A DNA stretch of 64,000 nt from Acidimicrobiaceae bacterium (GTDB lineage Bacteria > Actinomycetota > Acidimicrobiia > Acidimicrobiales > RAAP-2): the NCBI GenBank assembly GCA_013044405.1, contig JABEUR010000067.1:4440-68439 (forward strand), written 5' to 3'. A model generated the notes under the pieces. The model worked only from the letters and a program-made list of their open reading frames with translations, was not told where the DNA came from and did no database searches. Of this stretch, positions 7,755-17,550 are shown in pieces (position 1 is the stretch's first letter; every line of letters starts with the position of its first letter). The position numbers and the translations under genes are program-made.

Positions 7755-9566
7755 ATGGCCATCACAATCCTCAATGCGCCCGACCTCGACGAGACTCCAC
7801 GTGGTGAGTCGGCGTTGAGCCCTTCCTACCGACACGACCGGCGGCGCCGATTCTCTCCTGGTGGAGTCGCTATCTGGATTGCACTCACGCTGCTCATCAT
7901 CGCCCCCGTGATGAGTTTTCTCGCGTTGTCGGTCAGCCCTCGGATGTTCCAGCAGGGCTCAGAGTGGTTCACGACCAAGTTCATTGGTCAGGCCTTCCAG
8001 GGATACACGGGTCGAGGCATCTTCGACTCGCTGTGGGTCTCGACCCTGGTCTCGCTGCTCGCAGTGTCCATCGCCACCACCCTCGCCTGGATGATCCACC
8101 GCACCAACGTCGGGGGACGTCGGATGTGGGCGGTCATGATGTGGCTCTTGCTCCTGATGCCGACGTGGATGATGACCCTTGGCTGGAGTGACCTCCTCCA
8201 ACCCTTCGGTGCAGCCCAGGCAGTCGGGATCAACACGCGTTACCTCTATCACGAATTCTTCGGACCGATGGGAATCGTGATCGTCCTCACCGCGGCGGCG
8301 CTGCCGTTCGCCTACTTCATTATCTCTGCGGGCCTCCAGGGTCTTGGTCCGGAGTACGAGGATGCCGCCCGCATACACGGGGCCAGTCGATTCTTGACCA
8401 TACGCACGGTGTTGCCGATCATCGCGCCCGCCCTGTTGAGCGCGATCGCGATCAGTTTCGCCGAAACGATGAGTGACTTCGGCGTGGCCTACACGTTGGG
8501 TTACCACAGCCACTTCCCGATGGCGACCTACGCACTGTTCAACGCCATCGCCAACTATCCCGCCAACTTCTCGGTCGCCGCCGTCATCGCCGTCGTGCTG
8601 ATCTTGTCGGTCGTGCCACCGATCGCACTGCAGTCAAAAGTCATGCGCAGTCGGTCCTACGCCGTGCTCTCAGGTCGCACCAAACCTCCTCGACGCCGCG
8701 AGTTCACGCCTCGTGGACGAGTGGCGGCCACCGCGGTCGTCGCCCTCTTCTTCTTCGTGGTGCTCGGGGTCCCGGTACTGGGCGCGGTCGGCGGATCGTT
8801 CATCTCGAACCTGGGCGCCTACTCGGCGAGTGGCGTACATCTGACCATGCGTTACTACACCCAGGTCTTCAATCCTTCGATCACGGGCAAGAGCCTCTTT
8901 GCGCCGTTGCTCCTCTCGAACCAGCTTGGTCTGATCGTGGCGACCGGCACCGGATTCCTTGCGGTTATCTTGGCGCGAAGGCTCGTCGCCAGTCGCGGCG
9001 GATGGAGCCAGCGCGTCACTGACATCTTCCTGCTCGGATCGGTCGCGGTGCCTGGTGTGGTGCTCGGCGTCGGCTACATCTTCTTCTACAATCTGCCCTT
9101 CGTCTCGAACAACGTGGTCAACATCTACAAGACCCTGCCGCTGCTGATGCTGGCCCTCGTGGCGTCGGCCCTTCCCGGACAGACCCGCTTCATGGCCGGA
9201 CCGGTGAGTCAGATCCAGCCCTCGCTCGGCGAAGCAGCCCGCGTCCACGGTGCGGGGAGGTTGCGTTCGTGGCGCACCACGAACCTTCCGCTCATGTCGA
9301 GGGTGCTGCTGTGGGGCTGGCTGCTCACCTTCACCAAGACCATCTCGGAGTTGGCGATCGCACAGATCCTGTATCCGCCGAGTCAGGAACCGGCCTCGGT
9401 GACCATTCAGTCGTATTTGGCCAACTTCGAATCGGGCACCGGAACGGCGATGACAGTCATGACCCTGGTCGAGATGCTCGCTGTAATAGGCGTGGCCATG
9501 CTCATCTATCGCTTGGTCACGCCTCGGGGTTGGCGTCGCATCGGTTGGAGTGGTGTGCGTTCATGA
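7755..9566 (+). CDS. ABC permease, duplicated-domain AfuB/FbpB type
   Basis: Many TM segments; two EAA loops (YEDAARIHGA, LGEAARVHGA). Confidence 0.9.
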   Translation: MAITILNAPDLDETPRGESALSPSYRHDRRRRFSPGGVAIWIALTLLIIAPVMSFLALSVSPRMFQQGSEWFTTKFIGQAFQGYTGRGIFDSLWVSTLVSLLAVSIATTLAWMIHRTNVGGRRMWAVMMWLLLLMPTWMMTLGWSDLLQPFGAAQAVGINTRYLYHEFFGPMGIVIVLTAAALPFAYFIISAGLQGLGPEYEDAARIHGASRFLTIRTVLPIIAPALLSAIAISFAETMSDFGVAYTLGYHSHFPMATYALFNAIANYPANFSVAAVIAVVLILSVVPPIALQSKVMRSRSYAVLSGRTKPPRRREFTPRGRVAATAVVALFFFVVLGVPVLGAVGGSFISNLGAYSASGVHLTMRYYTQVFNPSITGKSLFAPLLLSNQLGLIVATGTGFLAVILARRLVASRGGWSQRVTDIFLLGSVAVPGVVLGVGYIFFYNLPFVSNNVVNIYKTLPLLMLALVASALPGQTRFMAGPVSQIQPSLGEAARVHGAGRLRSWRTTNLPLMSRVLLWGWLLTFTKTISELAIAQILYPPSQEPASVTIQSYLANFESGTGTAMTVMTLVEMLAVIGVAMLIYRLVTPRGWRRIGWSGVRS

Positions 9567-10675
9567 GTGAGCCCGAGAACCATCGCGCACTGAGCGTACA
9601 GGTGGAGCAACTGCGCAAGGAGTTCGGAGACAAGGTCGCCCTCGACGGGATCGATCTCGCCATCGAGCCGGGGTCGTTCCTCGTCCTGCTCGGACCTTCG
9701 GGATCGGGAAAGACCACGATGCTTCGCTGTCTTGCCGGCATCGAACGGCCGAGCGAGGGGACCATCTTCATCGGCGAGCAGGTGGTCGTCGGCCCCAAGG
9801 TCTTCGTCCAGCCCGAGAAGCGCGGACTCGCCATGGTCTTTCAGGACTACGCGCTGTGGCCGCACCTGAGCGTCAAAAAGAACGTGGCGTTCCCGCTGCA
9901 CAATTCAACTCGGACCAAGGCCGAGCGCGACCGGCTGGTCGGTGATCTCCTCGAAAGGGTCGGCATCACTTCGCTCGCCGATCGCTTCCCCAATCAACTG
10001 TCGGGCGGTGAACAACAACGCGTGGCTCTGGCCCGGGCGCTCGCGGCCGAGGTTGGCCTGATCCTCTTCGACGAGCCGCTTTCCAACCTCGATGCGGATC
10101 GTCGTGAGCAGCTTCGCATCGAGATTGCCACCCTGACGAGAGAATCGGGCTCCACCGCGGTCTACATCACCCACGATCAGTCTGAGGCGTTCGCTCTGGC
10201 CGACAAGGTGGGCGTGCTCAACCAGGGCCGACTCATCCAGCTCGACACTCCCGAGGCCATCTACCGGCATCCGAAAAATGCCTTCGTCGCGCGATTCACC
10301 GGAATCGCCGGGGAGTTCCCCGTCGCCACGCTGCGCGAGTGCGGACCCCAACACCTCGAAGTCGTCTTGCCCTTCGCTCCAGGCGAGACTATTGAAGCGC
10401 TCGCCTTTGATCGGCCCGGTCCCGATAGCGCCTCGAGTCTCTTCGTTCGAGCGGCGGGAGTCACGCTCTCGGCGCCTTCGAGCAACTCGGGGGTGCGCGG
10501 TGAGATCCGCGACGTCGCCTTCAACGGTCGAGGCTACGAACACGTGGTGAGTGTGGGATCGGGAGCCGTCCTGACCAAGATTTTCTCGGCCCACAAATTC
10601 GAGCGCGAGAGCAACGTTAGAGTCTGTTTCGATCCCTCGTCGTGTTTCGTGATGGATCCGTCGAAGGGAGTTTGA
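9563..10675 (+). CDS. ABC ATPase, AfuC/FbpC type
   Basis: GPSGSGKT, LSGGEQQRVALARAL, FDEPLSNLD; ATGA overlap with permease. Confidence 0.93.
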   Translation: MSEPENHRALSVQVEQLRKEFGDKVALDGIDLAIEPGSFLVLLGPSGSGKTTMLRCLAGIERPSEGTIFIGEQVVVGPKVFVQPEKRGLAMVFQDYALWPHLSVKKNVAFPLHNSTRTKAERDRLVGDLLERVGITSLADRFPNQLSGGEQQRVALARALAAEVGLILFDEPLSNLDADRREQLRIEIATLTRESGSTAVYITHDQSEAFALADKVGVLNQGRLIQLDTPEAIYRHPKNAFVARFTGIAGEFPVATLRECGPQHLEVVLPFAPGETIEALAFDRPGPDSASSLFVRAAGVTLSAPSSNSGVRGEIRDVAFNGRGYEHVVSVGSGAVLTKIFSAHKFERESNVRVCFDPSSCFVMDPSKGV

Positions 10676-10677
10676 AG

Positions 10678-11445
10678 GTGTTATTGGGTACCGCGGTTTC
10701 TTCAGGGGTCGTTGTCCTGGTGGGTGCCGTCTTCTTGGCGTGCGCCGTCGAGATGGTCGAAGCGCTGACCATCGTGTTGGCGGTGGGTCACACCCGGGGC
10801 TGGCGTTCGGCCTTCGAAGGAACCGCCGTCGCGCTCGTCGCGCTCGCCGCACTCGTCGCGACGTTCGGCCCCGCCCTCGTGCACGTCCCGCTCAGCGTCC
10901 TGCGCCTCGTGGTCGGTGGCGTCTTGTTGATCTTTGGAATGCAGTGGCTGCGAAAGGCGATACTGCGTTCGAGCGGGCTCAAGTCCATGCACGACGAGGA
11001 TGAGATCTATCGCAACAAGGTCGCCGAACTCGAGGCCGCCGGCACCCGGCCCGATCGCGATCGGATCGCCTTCGTGATGGCCTTCAAAGGCGTCTTCCTG
11101 GAGGGCCTCGAGGTGGTGATCACGGTCCTGACCCTTGGTACCTCCGCGCACCGCCTCGGACTGGCGGCGACGGTGGCGGCCATCGCGGTCGTGCTGGTCG
11201 GCGTCGTGGGGGCGGTGGTGGCCAAGCAGCTCTCGAATGTTCCCGAGAACGCGATGAAGATGGGGGTTGGCGTCCTGCTCGTGAGTTACGGAACCTTCTG
11301 GACGGGCGAGGGACTTCGTGTGCGCTGGCCAGGCAATGACACGATGCTCTTGGGGCTCGTTGGTATCTATTTGGTCGTCACGTGGCTCTTTGTTTTGCTG
11401 CTGCGTCGCGAATCGCCTACGGTCGGCATCGAGGTGGCGCGATGA
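10678..11445 (+). CDS. COG4280 membrane protein (FTR1/ILT-like ExxE repeats)
   Basis: Two homologous halves with FLACAVEMVEALTIV and VFLEGLEVVITV; VPEN.MK..VG..L..YG.FW.GEG; start uncertain. Confidence 0.75.
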   Translation: MLLGTAVSSGVVVLVGAVFLACAVEMVEALTIVLAVGHTRGWRSAFEGTAVALVALAALVATFGPALVHVPLSVLRLVVGGVLLIFGMQWLRKAILRSSGLKSMHDEDEIYRNKVAELEAAGTRPDRDRIAFVMAFKGVFLEGLEVVITVLTLGTSAHRLGLAATVAAIAVVLVGVVGAVVAKQLSNVPENAMKMGVGVLLVSYGTFWTGEGLRVRWPGNDTMLLGLVGIYLVVTWLFVLLLRRESPTVGIEVAR

Positions 11446-11681
11446 AGGCCGGCCCACTGCTCGTCAGGTTCGTGAAGGGATTCGCCATGTTCTGGTGGGA
11501 CTTCCTCGTAGGCGACACCCCCGAACTGTTCGTCGCGGCGATCTCGATCATCGGTGTGGTCGCACTATTGAGCGAAGCGGGACACTTCAACGGCGCAGCC
11601 ATCGTCACACTGCCGCTGCTGGCGGTCGTTGCGCTGGGCGTCTCGATCAAACGTGCCCAGCGCGCCGCGCGTCGAAAGTAA
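11442..11681 (+). CDS. Small 2-TM membrane protein
   Basis: ATGA-coupled to COG4280 gene; FWWDFLVGDTP followed by hydrophobic helices and basic tail. Confidence 0.7.
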   Translation: MKAGPLLVRFVKGFAMFWWDFLVGDTPELFVAAISIIGVVALLSEAGHFNGAAIVTLPLLAVVALGVSIKRAQRAARRK

Positions 11682-11684
11682 AAG

Positions 11685-12467
11685 TCAGGCTCCGGCCAAC
11701 TCGTAGGCAGTCATGGAGAGCGAGCCCATGTCGTAGCCCTCGATGAGGGTCCGTGTCGCGCTATTCGCGGCGCAGCTGAGACCGGCGATGTAGGCCAGAG
11801 GCAGGAAATGGTCTGGCGTGGGTACGGCCAGTCGGTAGTCGCCGTGAGTTGCGGCCAGGGCGAGGCGATCGGGGTCGCTGGTCATGATCGAACGTACTTC
11901 GTCGTCGAATCGATGGGCCCAGTCCGCACCCGCACCCGGAGCGCTCCAATCGATGAGTCGCAGATTGTGCACGACGTTTCCGCTCGCCACGATGAGCACA
12001 CCTTCGCCACGCAATGCGTGCAGCCGGGTACCGAGGTCGAAGTGGTAGTCGAAGGACTGGCTCGCATTGATCGACAGCTGCAGTACCGGCACGTCGGCGC
12101 GGGGGAACATGTGCACCAGTACCGACCACGTTCCATGGTCGATGCCCCAGCTGTCCGCATCCAGACCGACGTAGGTCGGCTCGACGAGGTCGACGACTCG
12201 CTGGGCGATCAGGGGGTCGCCGGGGGCCGGGTACTGGACGTCGAAAAGGGCCTGGGGGAATCCGTAGAAGTCGTGGATGGTGCGCGGCGCGCTCATCGAG
12301 GTCACTGCGGTGGCGTTGACGAACCAGTGCGCCGAGACCACGAGGATTGCCTTGGGCCTGTCCATAGACGCACCAACGGCCGACCACGCCTCGGTGTAGC
12401 GGTTGTGCTCGAGGGCGTTCATCGGATTACCGTGTCCGACGAACACGGCGGGCATCAACGGGGCCAT
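11685..12467 (-). CDS. ygiD: 4,5-DOPA extradiol dioxygenase (LigB family)
   Basis: FVGHGNPMNAL, VSAHW, TIHDFYGFP, GIDHGTW, SGNVVHNL, PTPDHFLPL; GAGGA RBS before ATG 12467. Confidence 0.9.
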   Translation of the reverse strand: MAPLMPAVFVGHGNPMNALEHNRYTEAWSAVGASMDRPKAILVVSAHWFVNATAVTSMSAPRTIHDFYGFPQALFDVQYPAPGDPLIAQRVVDLVEPTYVGLDADSWGIDHGTWSVLVHMFPRADVPVLQLSINASQSFDYHFDLGTRLHALRGEGVLIVASGNVVHNLRLIDWSAPGAGADWAHRFDDEVRSIMTSDPDRLALAATHGDYRLAVPTPDHFLPLAYIAGLSCAANSATRTLIEGYDMGSLSMTAYELAGA

Positions 12468-12538
12468 CAGAGTCCTCATTTCGACGATTCGAGCGTAGCG
12501 GGCAACAATTGGGCGTCGGTCCACCTAGCGTGGTAGTC

Positions 12539-13675
12539 GTGCGCACTTCAACGATCATCAGCGGTGCGGTGCTGGCCCTCATCGGGAGCGTCAGCGCGCT
12601 GGACTCCGCGGCGGCGAGTCCCACGAACTTGCAGTGCGCCGTGCAGGTGGTGTCCTCGTGGTCCCTCGCCCAACAAGCCAACGAGACGATCGTGGTCTCG
12701 GTGGACGCCATGAGTCTTGGAGGCATGGTTCCCGCCGCCCGAGCCGGCTACGGCGGACTCCTCCTCTTCGGCAATCGAGGCTCGAATGTCATGGCCACGA
12801 CCGTGCGCGCCCTCCAGAAGATGACCCCCCACCACTATCCGATGATGGTCATGACCGATGAGGAGGGTGGAGGCGTCATGCGCCTGAACAACCTGGTCGG
12901 ACCGTTCGCCTGGCCCCAGGTGATGGGCCGCACGCTGAGCCCCCAACAGATCGGCGCGGTCGCCCAACGCGTCGGTACCCAACTGGCCGCACTCGGTGTC
13001 AATACTGACTTGGCCCCGGTGCTCGACCTGGACTCTCGTGCGGTGTGGCCCGGCCCCTCCAACCCCGATGGACTCCGGTCCTTCGGAGCGGCCCCGCTTA
13101 AGAATGCCGTACAGGCCACTGCTTTCATGAGTGGCCTGACGAAGGCGGGCGTGACATCGGTGCTGAAGCACTTCCCCGGACTAGGCGGTTCGTCGGGAAA
13201 CACCGATTACGGTCCGGCCACTACCAAGCCGTGGGCGGTATTGAAGACGTCCGCGCTGATCCCCTTCGAAAAGGCGATCGCCAGCGGGGCCAGAGCGGTG
13301 ATGATGTCCAACGCCGTGGTTCCCGGGCTCACCACGATCCCCGCGAGCCTGTCAGCGCCTGCGGTGTCGGTGCTGCGCAACCAGTTGGGTTTCGAGGGCC
13401 TGATCATGACCGATTCTCTATCGGCCGGGGCCATCAGTGCGCTGCACCTCTCTGAAGCGAATGCGGCCGTTTTGGCCCTTCGAGCAGGTGTGGATCAGAT
13501 CCTGTACCACACGTCCTCGACGGTCAGCGGAACGCTCGGCGAGGCCCAGCTGATCTCGGCGAGCATCCAACGTGCGGTGACGTCGGGTTCTCTGCCATCA
13601 ACGGTATTGGTCGACGCGGCTGCACACGTCCTCGCGACCAGGAGCACCCTGTCGTGCCCGGGCGCCACGTCTTGA
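12539..13675 (+). CDS. Secreted GH3 glycoside hydrolase (NagZ-like N-terminal domain only)
   Basis: Signal peptide; TDEEGG.V.R, LAPVLD, RSFG, KHFPG, IMTDSL. Confidence 0.85.
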   Translation: MRTSTIISGAVLALIGSVSALDSAAASPTNLQCAVQVVSSWSLAQQANETIVVSVDAMSLGGMVPAARAGYGGLLLFGNRGSNVMATTVRALQKMTPHHYPMMVMTDEEGGGVMRLNNLVGPFAWPQVMGRTLSPQQIGAVAQRVGTQLAALGVNTDLAPVLDLDSRAVWPGPSNPDGLRSFGAAPLKNAVQATAFMSGLTKAGVTSVLKHFPGLGGSSGNTDYGPATTKPWAVLKTSALIPFEKAIASGARAVMMSNAVVPGLTTIPASLSAPAVSVLRNQLGFEGLIMTDSLSAGAISALHLSEANAAVLALRAGVDQILYHTSSTVSGTLGEAQLISASIQRAVTSGSLPSTVLVDAAAHVLATRSTLSCPGATS

Positions 13676-13688
13676 TTGTCGTAGCGAC

Positions 13689-13823
13689 CTAGAGATAGTG
13701 CGGGGGGACTTCGTGGCCCTCACGCCGGATCTGGCGGATCTCCTCTTTCAGCCTGGAAATCTCCTCGCGCAGGGTCGTGACCAGTGCCTCGAGCTCCTCG
13801 ACTGTGACCCGGTCATTACTCAC
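13689..13823 (-). CDS. SlyX-like 44-aa coiled-coil microprotein
   Basis: Hand translation MSNDRVTVEELEALVTTLREEISRLKEEIRQIRREGHEVPPHYL; heptad pattern and C-terminal PPHY typical of SlyX; below ORF-track cutoff. Confidence 0.7.
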   Translation of the reverse strand: MSNDRVTVEELEALVTTLREEISRLKEEIRQIRREGHEVPPHYL

Positions 13824-13900
13824 CCGTCCATGTTCCCACAGTGAGCGAGAATTTCAGATCATCTTGGTGTTCGCCCTAGGTGCGCTTGGAGCGGTGGGTG

Positions 13901-13916
13901 TCGACATCCGTGAAAC
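13901..13916 (+). promoter_or_regulatory. Putative GlnR box
   Basis: TCGAC-N6-GAAAC (AC-n9-AC) upstream of amino-acid permease. Confidence 0.4.
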
Positions 13917-13980
13917 GGACATGGGACTTCATTATCGTACGGATGAGGACCCGATCGGGGGTCGTCATAAGGAGGAAGTG

Positions 13981-15540
13981 ATGTCCGAAGGAAATGTGGA
14001 GACGAGAGACGACGAACGTCTCGCCGCTCTGGGTTATCGCCCGGAGCTGTCGAGGGTGCTCTCGTTGTTCGACAATTTTTCAGTGGCGTTTTCGTACTTG
14101 AGCCCGATGGTGGGGATCTATTCGCTCTACACCTTGGGTGTCGGGATGGGAGGACCTCGTTACATCTGGACGATGCCGGTCGTCGTGGGTCTCATGATGC
14201 TCGTAGCGCTGGTGTTCGGTGAGTTGGCGAGTGAGTATCCCCTCTCGGGAGCCCTGTACCAGTACGGCAAGTACAACGTCGGCGCGCGATACGGATGGTT
14301 CGTCGGATGGATCTACGGGTTCGCCCTACTCGCCACCGTCGCCTCGGTCGATTCAGGAATCGTGGGCTACGTCACGAGTCTGTTCAACATCTGGTTCAAG
14401 ACCAACCTGAACCCGGCGAACCACCTCACGATCTTCGTCATCGTGGCGATCATGATCATCCTGTCGGCCATCCTCAACTCGGTTGGCGCGAAGATCATGG
14501 GGCGCGTGGCCGGACTTGGAGTGTACGTCGAGACGATCGGCACCTTCGGAGTGGCCATCGCGCTCGCCATCCACGGCTTCCACCAGGGATTCGGGTTCAC
14601 CTTCACGTCCCAGGGCGTGCAGAACCTCGCGACCAATCCCTTCGCCGTCAACTACGGTGGGCACTGGTTGACCGGGGCGGCCCTGGTGGCGGTGCTCGCG
14701 AACGTCTATATCTTCTACGGTTTCGAGTCCGCGGGCGACGTGGCCGAAGAGACCAAGGACGCCGGGCGACAGGTCCCCAAGGCCATGCGAAACGCTCTGC
14801 TCTACGGGGGTATTGCGTCGTTCGTGCTGGTGCTGGGATTGCTGCTCGCCACACCCAAGGCGGGTATCGGCGCGATGATCAAGGGCGGGGGCATCCCGTT
14901 CATCCTCGCGGCCCTGCCCAGTTGGCTGCAGGACTTCTTCTTGATCATGGTGATCATCGCCTTTTTCAGCTGTGGCACGGCAGTGCAGGGAGCGGGGGCT
15001 CGCGTGGCCTTCGGCCTCGCCCGAGATGGGGCCATACCCTTCTCGGACAAAGTCCGTAAGGTCCACCCGCGACACAAGACACCCGTCAACGCCATCATCG
15101 TGGGAACGATTGTCCCGTTCCTGTTCTTGCTTCTGGTGCTCGTGAATCCCTCGCACAACATCCACATCCTGTGGTTCGACTATCCGGCCAACGTGAACGC
15201 GCTCTACGCACTGGTGTCGTTCGCGACGTCGGGGATCTACCTCTCGTTCCTACTCACCGTGGTTGGCGCGCTCGTCGCGCGCAGTCGCGGTTGGGTTCCC
15301 AACGGCTCGTTCAAACTCGGCAAGTGGGGGATGCCGGTCACCATCGGCGGTGCGATCTACCTCTTCGTGATGCTGCTCAACATCGTGTGGCCCAGCGCCT
15401 TGACCAGTGGACGTGCCGCGTACTTCAACTACGGGTGGATCACCCTCTTGGTCATGGTGATCATCGTGGCGGTAGGTGCGCTGTACGAAGGAATCTCCCG
15501 ACCCGACCGGTCGATCTCCAAGCACCGCGTCGAAAAATGA
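13981..15540 (+). CDS. APC-family amino acid/amine permease
   Basis: LAALGYRPELSR.L..F.NF...FS, ELASEYPLSG, GFESAGDVAEET; AAGGAGG RBS before ATG 13981. Confidence 0.9.
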   Translation: MSEGNVETRDDERLAALGYRPELSRVLSLFDNFSVAFSYLSPMVGIYSLYTLGVGMGGPRYIWTMPVVVGLMMLVALVFGELASEYPLSGALYQYGKYNVGARYGWFVGWIYGFALLATVASVDSGIVGYVTSLFNIWFKTNLNPANHLTIFVIVAIMIILSAILNSVGAKIMGRVAGLGVYVETIGTFGVAIALAIHGFHQGFGFTFTSQGVQNLATNPFAVNYGGHWLTGAALVAVLANVYIFYGFESAGDVAEETKDAGRQVPKAMRNALLYGGIASFVLVLGLLLATPKAGIGAMIKGGGIPFILAALPSWLQDFFLIMVIIAFFSCGTAVQGAGARVAFGLARDGAIPFSDKVRKVHPRHKTPVNAIIVGTIVPFLFLLLVLVNPSHNIHILWFDYPANVNALYALVSFATSGIYLSFLLTVVGALVARSRGWVPNGSFKLGKWGMPVTIGGAIYLFVMLLNIVWPSALTSGRAAYFNYGWITLLVMVIIVAVGALYEGISRPDRSISKHRVEK

Positions 15541-15545
15541 CCGCT

Positions 15546-15581
15546 TCGCCGGGTCCCGTGCGCTGGCGCGGGACCCGGCGA
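15546..15581. terminator. Bidirectional terminator-like hairpin
   Basis: TCGCCGGGTCCCG...CGGGACCCGGCGA between convergent genes. Confidence 0.75.
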
Positions 15582-16199
15582 TCAGTGGCCGAGATCGTCG
15601 AAGTAGATGCCCACGAGGCGAACCGCCTCGTCGAGGAACATCGTTGATCCACTGCTCTCCATGAGGGGGCTGTCGAGCACGGCCACGCTGATCGTGATCA
15701 ACAGATGGGCGACCGCGTCAGCGCGTCGCTCATCGACGCTCGAAAATCGCCGTTCCAACAGCTCGGCGAGGTAGCGGGCGTAACGAGCGGTCTCGACGCG
15801 GTCCAGTTCGGCGAGTCGCGGGATGGAATTGAAAGCGCGTCGCAACGGCACTGCCGTGGGCTGGTCGAGACGCAATTGTCGAAGGAGCTCGAAGAGTTCA
15901 CGCGTCCACCCTCGCACGTCAGGCGTGGTGGCGAGTTCGCTGAGCTTTTCGAATAGTACGTCGTCACGCTGTTTCTGCTGTAGGCGGAACAGCTCGGTGA
16001 GGATTGCCGTCTTGTCGGGAAAGTAGTGATAGACCGTGCCGACGTTGATCGCCGCGCGTTCGGCAACCAGATTCGTGTTGAGCCCCTTGACGCCGCGCTC
16101 GAGAATGATCTCGGTGGCGGCGCTGAGGATGTTGGCGAAGGTGACCATCGATCGAGCCTGCGAGGGCATCTTGGTTGACGGTGGGGACTCTTCGGTCAT
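15582..16199 (-). CDS. TetR/AcrR family regulator
   Basis: PSQARS..T...ILSAA..I..ERG....TN.VAERA.I.VGTVYHYFPDK. Confidence 0.9.
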   Translation of the reverse strand: MTEESPPSTKMPSQARSMVTFANILSAATEIILERGVKGLNTNLVAERAAINVGTVYHYFPDKTAILTELFRLQQKQRDDVLFEKLSELATTPDVRGWTRELFELLRQLRLDQPTAVPLRRAFNSIPRLAELDRVETARYARYLAELLERRFSSVDERRADAVAHLLITISVAVLDSPLMESSGSTMFLDEAVRLVGIYFDDLGH

Positions 16200-16275
16200 C
16201 ACACCATTATCGGTTCGCCCAGCACCGAGCACGAGTCCAATTCCGGTGGAACTGGTCGTGGCGGCGCTGGACTGC

Positions 16276-17550
16276 TCAGGGGAAGAGTCCTCGTAGCTCA
16301 GTCGCTTCGGCGATTCGCTCCACGCCCACGGCAATCGCCGTGTCTCGAAGCGTGGCTTCGAGCTGCTGATGACGGGTCCAGATGTGGTTGAAGGCCTCAT
16401 GCATGGTCTTTTCCAGACGCTGCTGGAAGAGTTCGGGCTCCCACATATATCCCTGCATATCTTGAGCCCACTCGAAGTACGACGCGACGACCCCGCCGGC
16501 GTTGGCGAGCACGTCGGGCACCACCGGGATGTTCCTGCTCGCTAGAACTGCCGCTCCGTCGCCGGTGGTCGGACCATTGGCCGCCTCGACCACGATGGTC
16601 GCGGACATGGATTGGGCGACCTTCGCGTCGATGAATCCTCCGAGGGCGGCGGGAATTGCGATATCGCTGGGCAGGGTGAAGATCTGGTCCGACGGGACGT
16701 CGATACTGCCCGGGTAACCGACGACGGTGCCGTGCTCGCTGTAGTGCTGGGACATCACTTCGTGGTCAATGCCACCCGGAACGTGGATCGCGCCTCGGAT
16801 GTCGGCGATCCCCACAACCTTCATGCCGCGTTCACTCAACAGCCTCACGAGCGGCGCACCGACCTTGCCGTAGCCCTGGATCACGACGCGCTGTTCAATC
16901 GTTGGCCGATTGAGTCGTTGCAGCAGCGCGCTGGTGCAGATGGTGACGCCCAGTGATGTGGCGCCGGCGTGGCCGAGGGTCCCGCCGATGGCGAGAGGCT
17001 TGCCCGTGACAACCCCGGGGGTGTTGTGACCGCGCAGCATCGAGACCGTGTCCATGATCCAACTCATCACCTGAGTGTCAGTGTTGATGTCGGGTGCGGG
17101 GATGTCGCGATCCGGTCCGATCATCGGAGCAATCGAAAATGCGTAGCGACGAGTGAGTCGCTCGAGCTCGTGGCGAGACAGTGACGAGGGATCGACCTTG
17201 ATCCCACCCTTGGCGCCGCCGTAGGGAATGTTCACCACGGCACACTTGATGGACATGTCCGCGCTCAGTGCGGCGATCTCGTCGACGTTCACACTGGGGT
17301 GGAACCTGATCCCTCCCTTGCCCGGTCCGCGCGAAGTGTCGTGCTGGATTCGCCATCCGTGGAACATCTCGACTTTCCCCGAGTCCATGCGTACCGGAAT
17401 CGCCACTTCGAGGATCCGTTCGGGTGTGACGATTCTCTTGACCAAGCCTTCATCCAACTTAAGCAGCCGCCCGGCCTGCTCGATCAGCGAAGTGACATGC
17501 AGCCACGGATTGAACTCATGAGGCACTGCCTCGTTTGGACGCGTGACCAC
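16276..17550 (-). CDS. gdhA: Glu/Leu/Phe/Val dehydrogenase (glutamate dehydrogenase)
   Basis: GPGKGGIRF, PYGGAKGG, DIPAPD, QGYGKVG, EAANGP, NAGGV..SYFEW; start approximate. Confidence 0.85.
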   Translation of the reverse strand: MVTRPNEAVPHEFNPWLHVTSLIEQAGRLLKLDEGLVKRIVTPERILEVAIPVRMDSGKVEMFHGWRIQHDTSRGPGKGGIRFHPSVNVDEIAALSADMSIKCAVVNIPYGGAKGGIKVDPSSLSRHELERLTRRYAFSIAPMIGPDRDIPAPDINTDTQVMSWIMDTVSMLRGHNTPGVVTGKPLAIGGTLGHAGATSLGVTICTSALLQRLNRPTIEQRVVIQGYGKVGAPLVRLLSERGMKVVGIADIRGAIHVPGGIDHEVMSQHYSEHGTVVGYPGSIDVPSDQIFTLPSDIAIPAALGGFIDAKVAQSMSATIVVEAANGPTTGDGAAVLASRNIPVVPDVLANAGGVVASYFEWAQDMQGYMWEPELFQQRLEKTMHEAFNHIWTRHQQLEATLRDTAIAVGVERIAEATELRGLFP

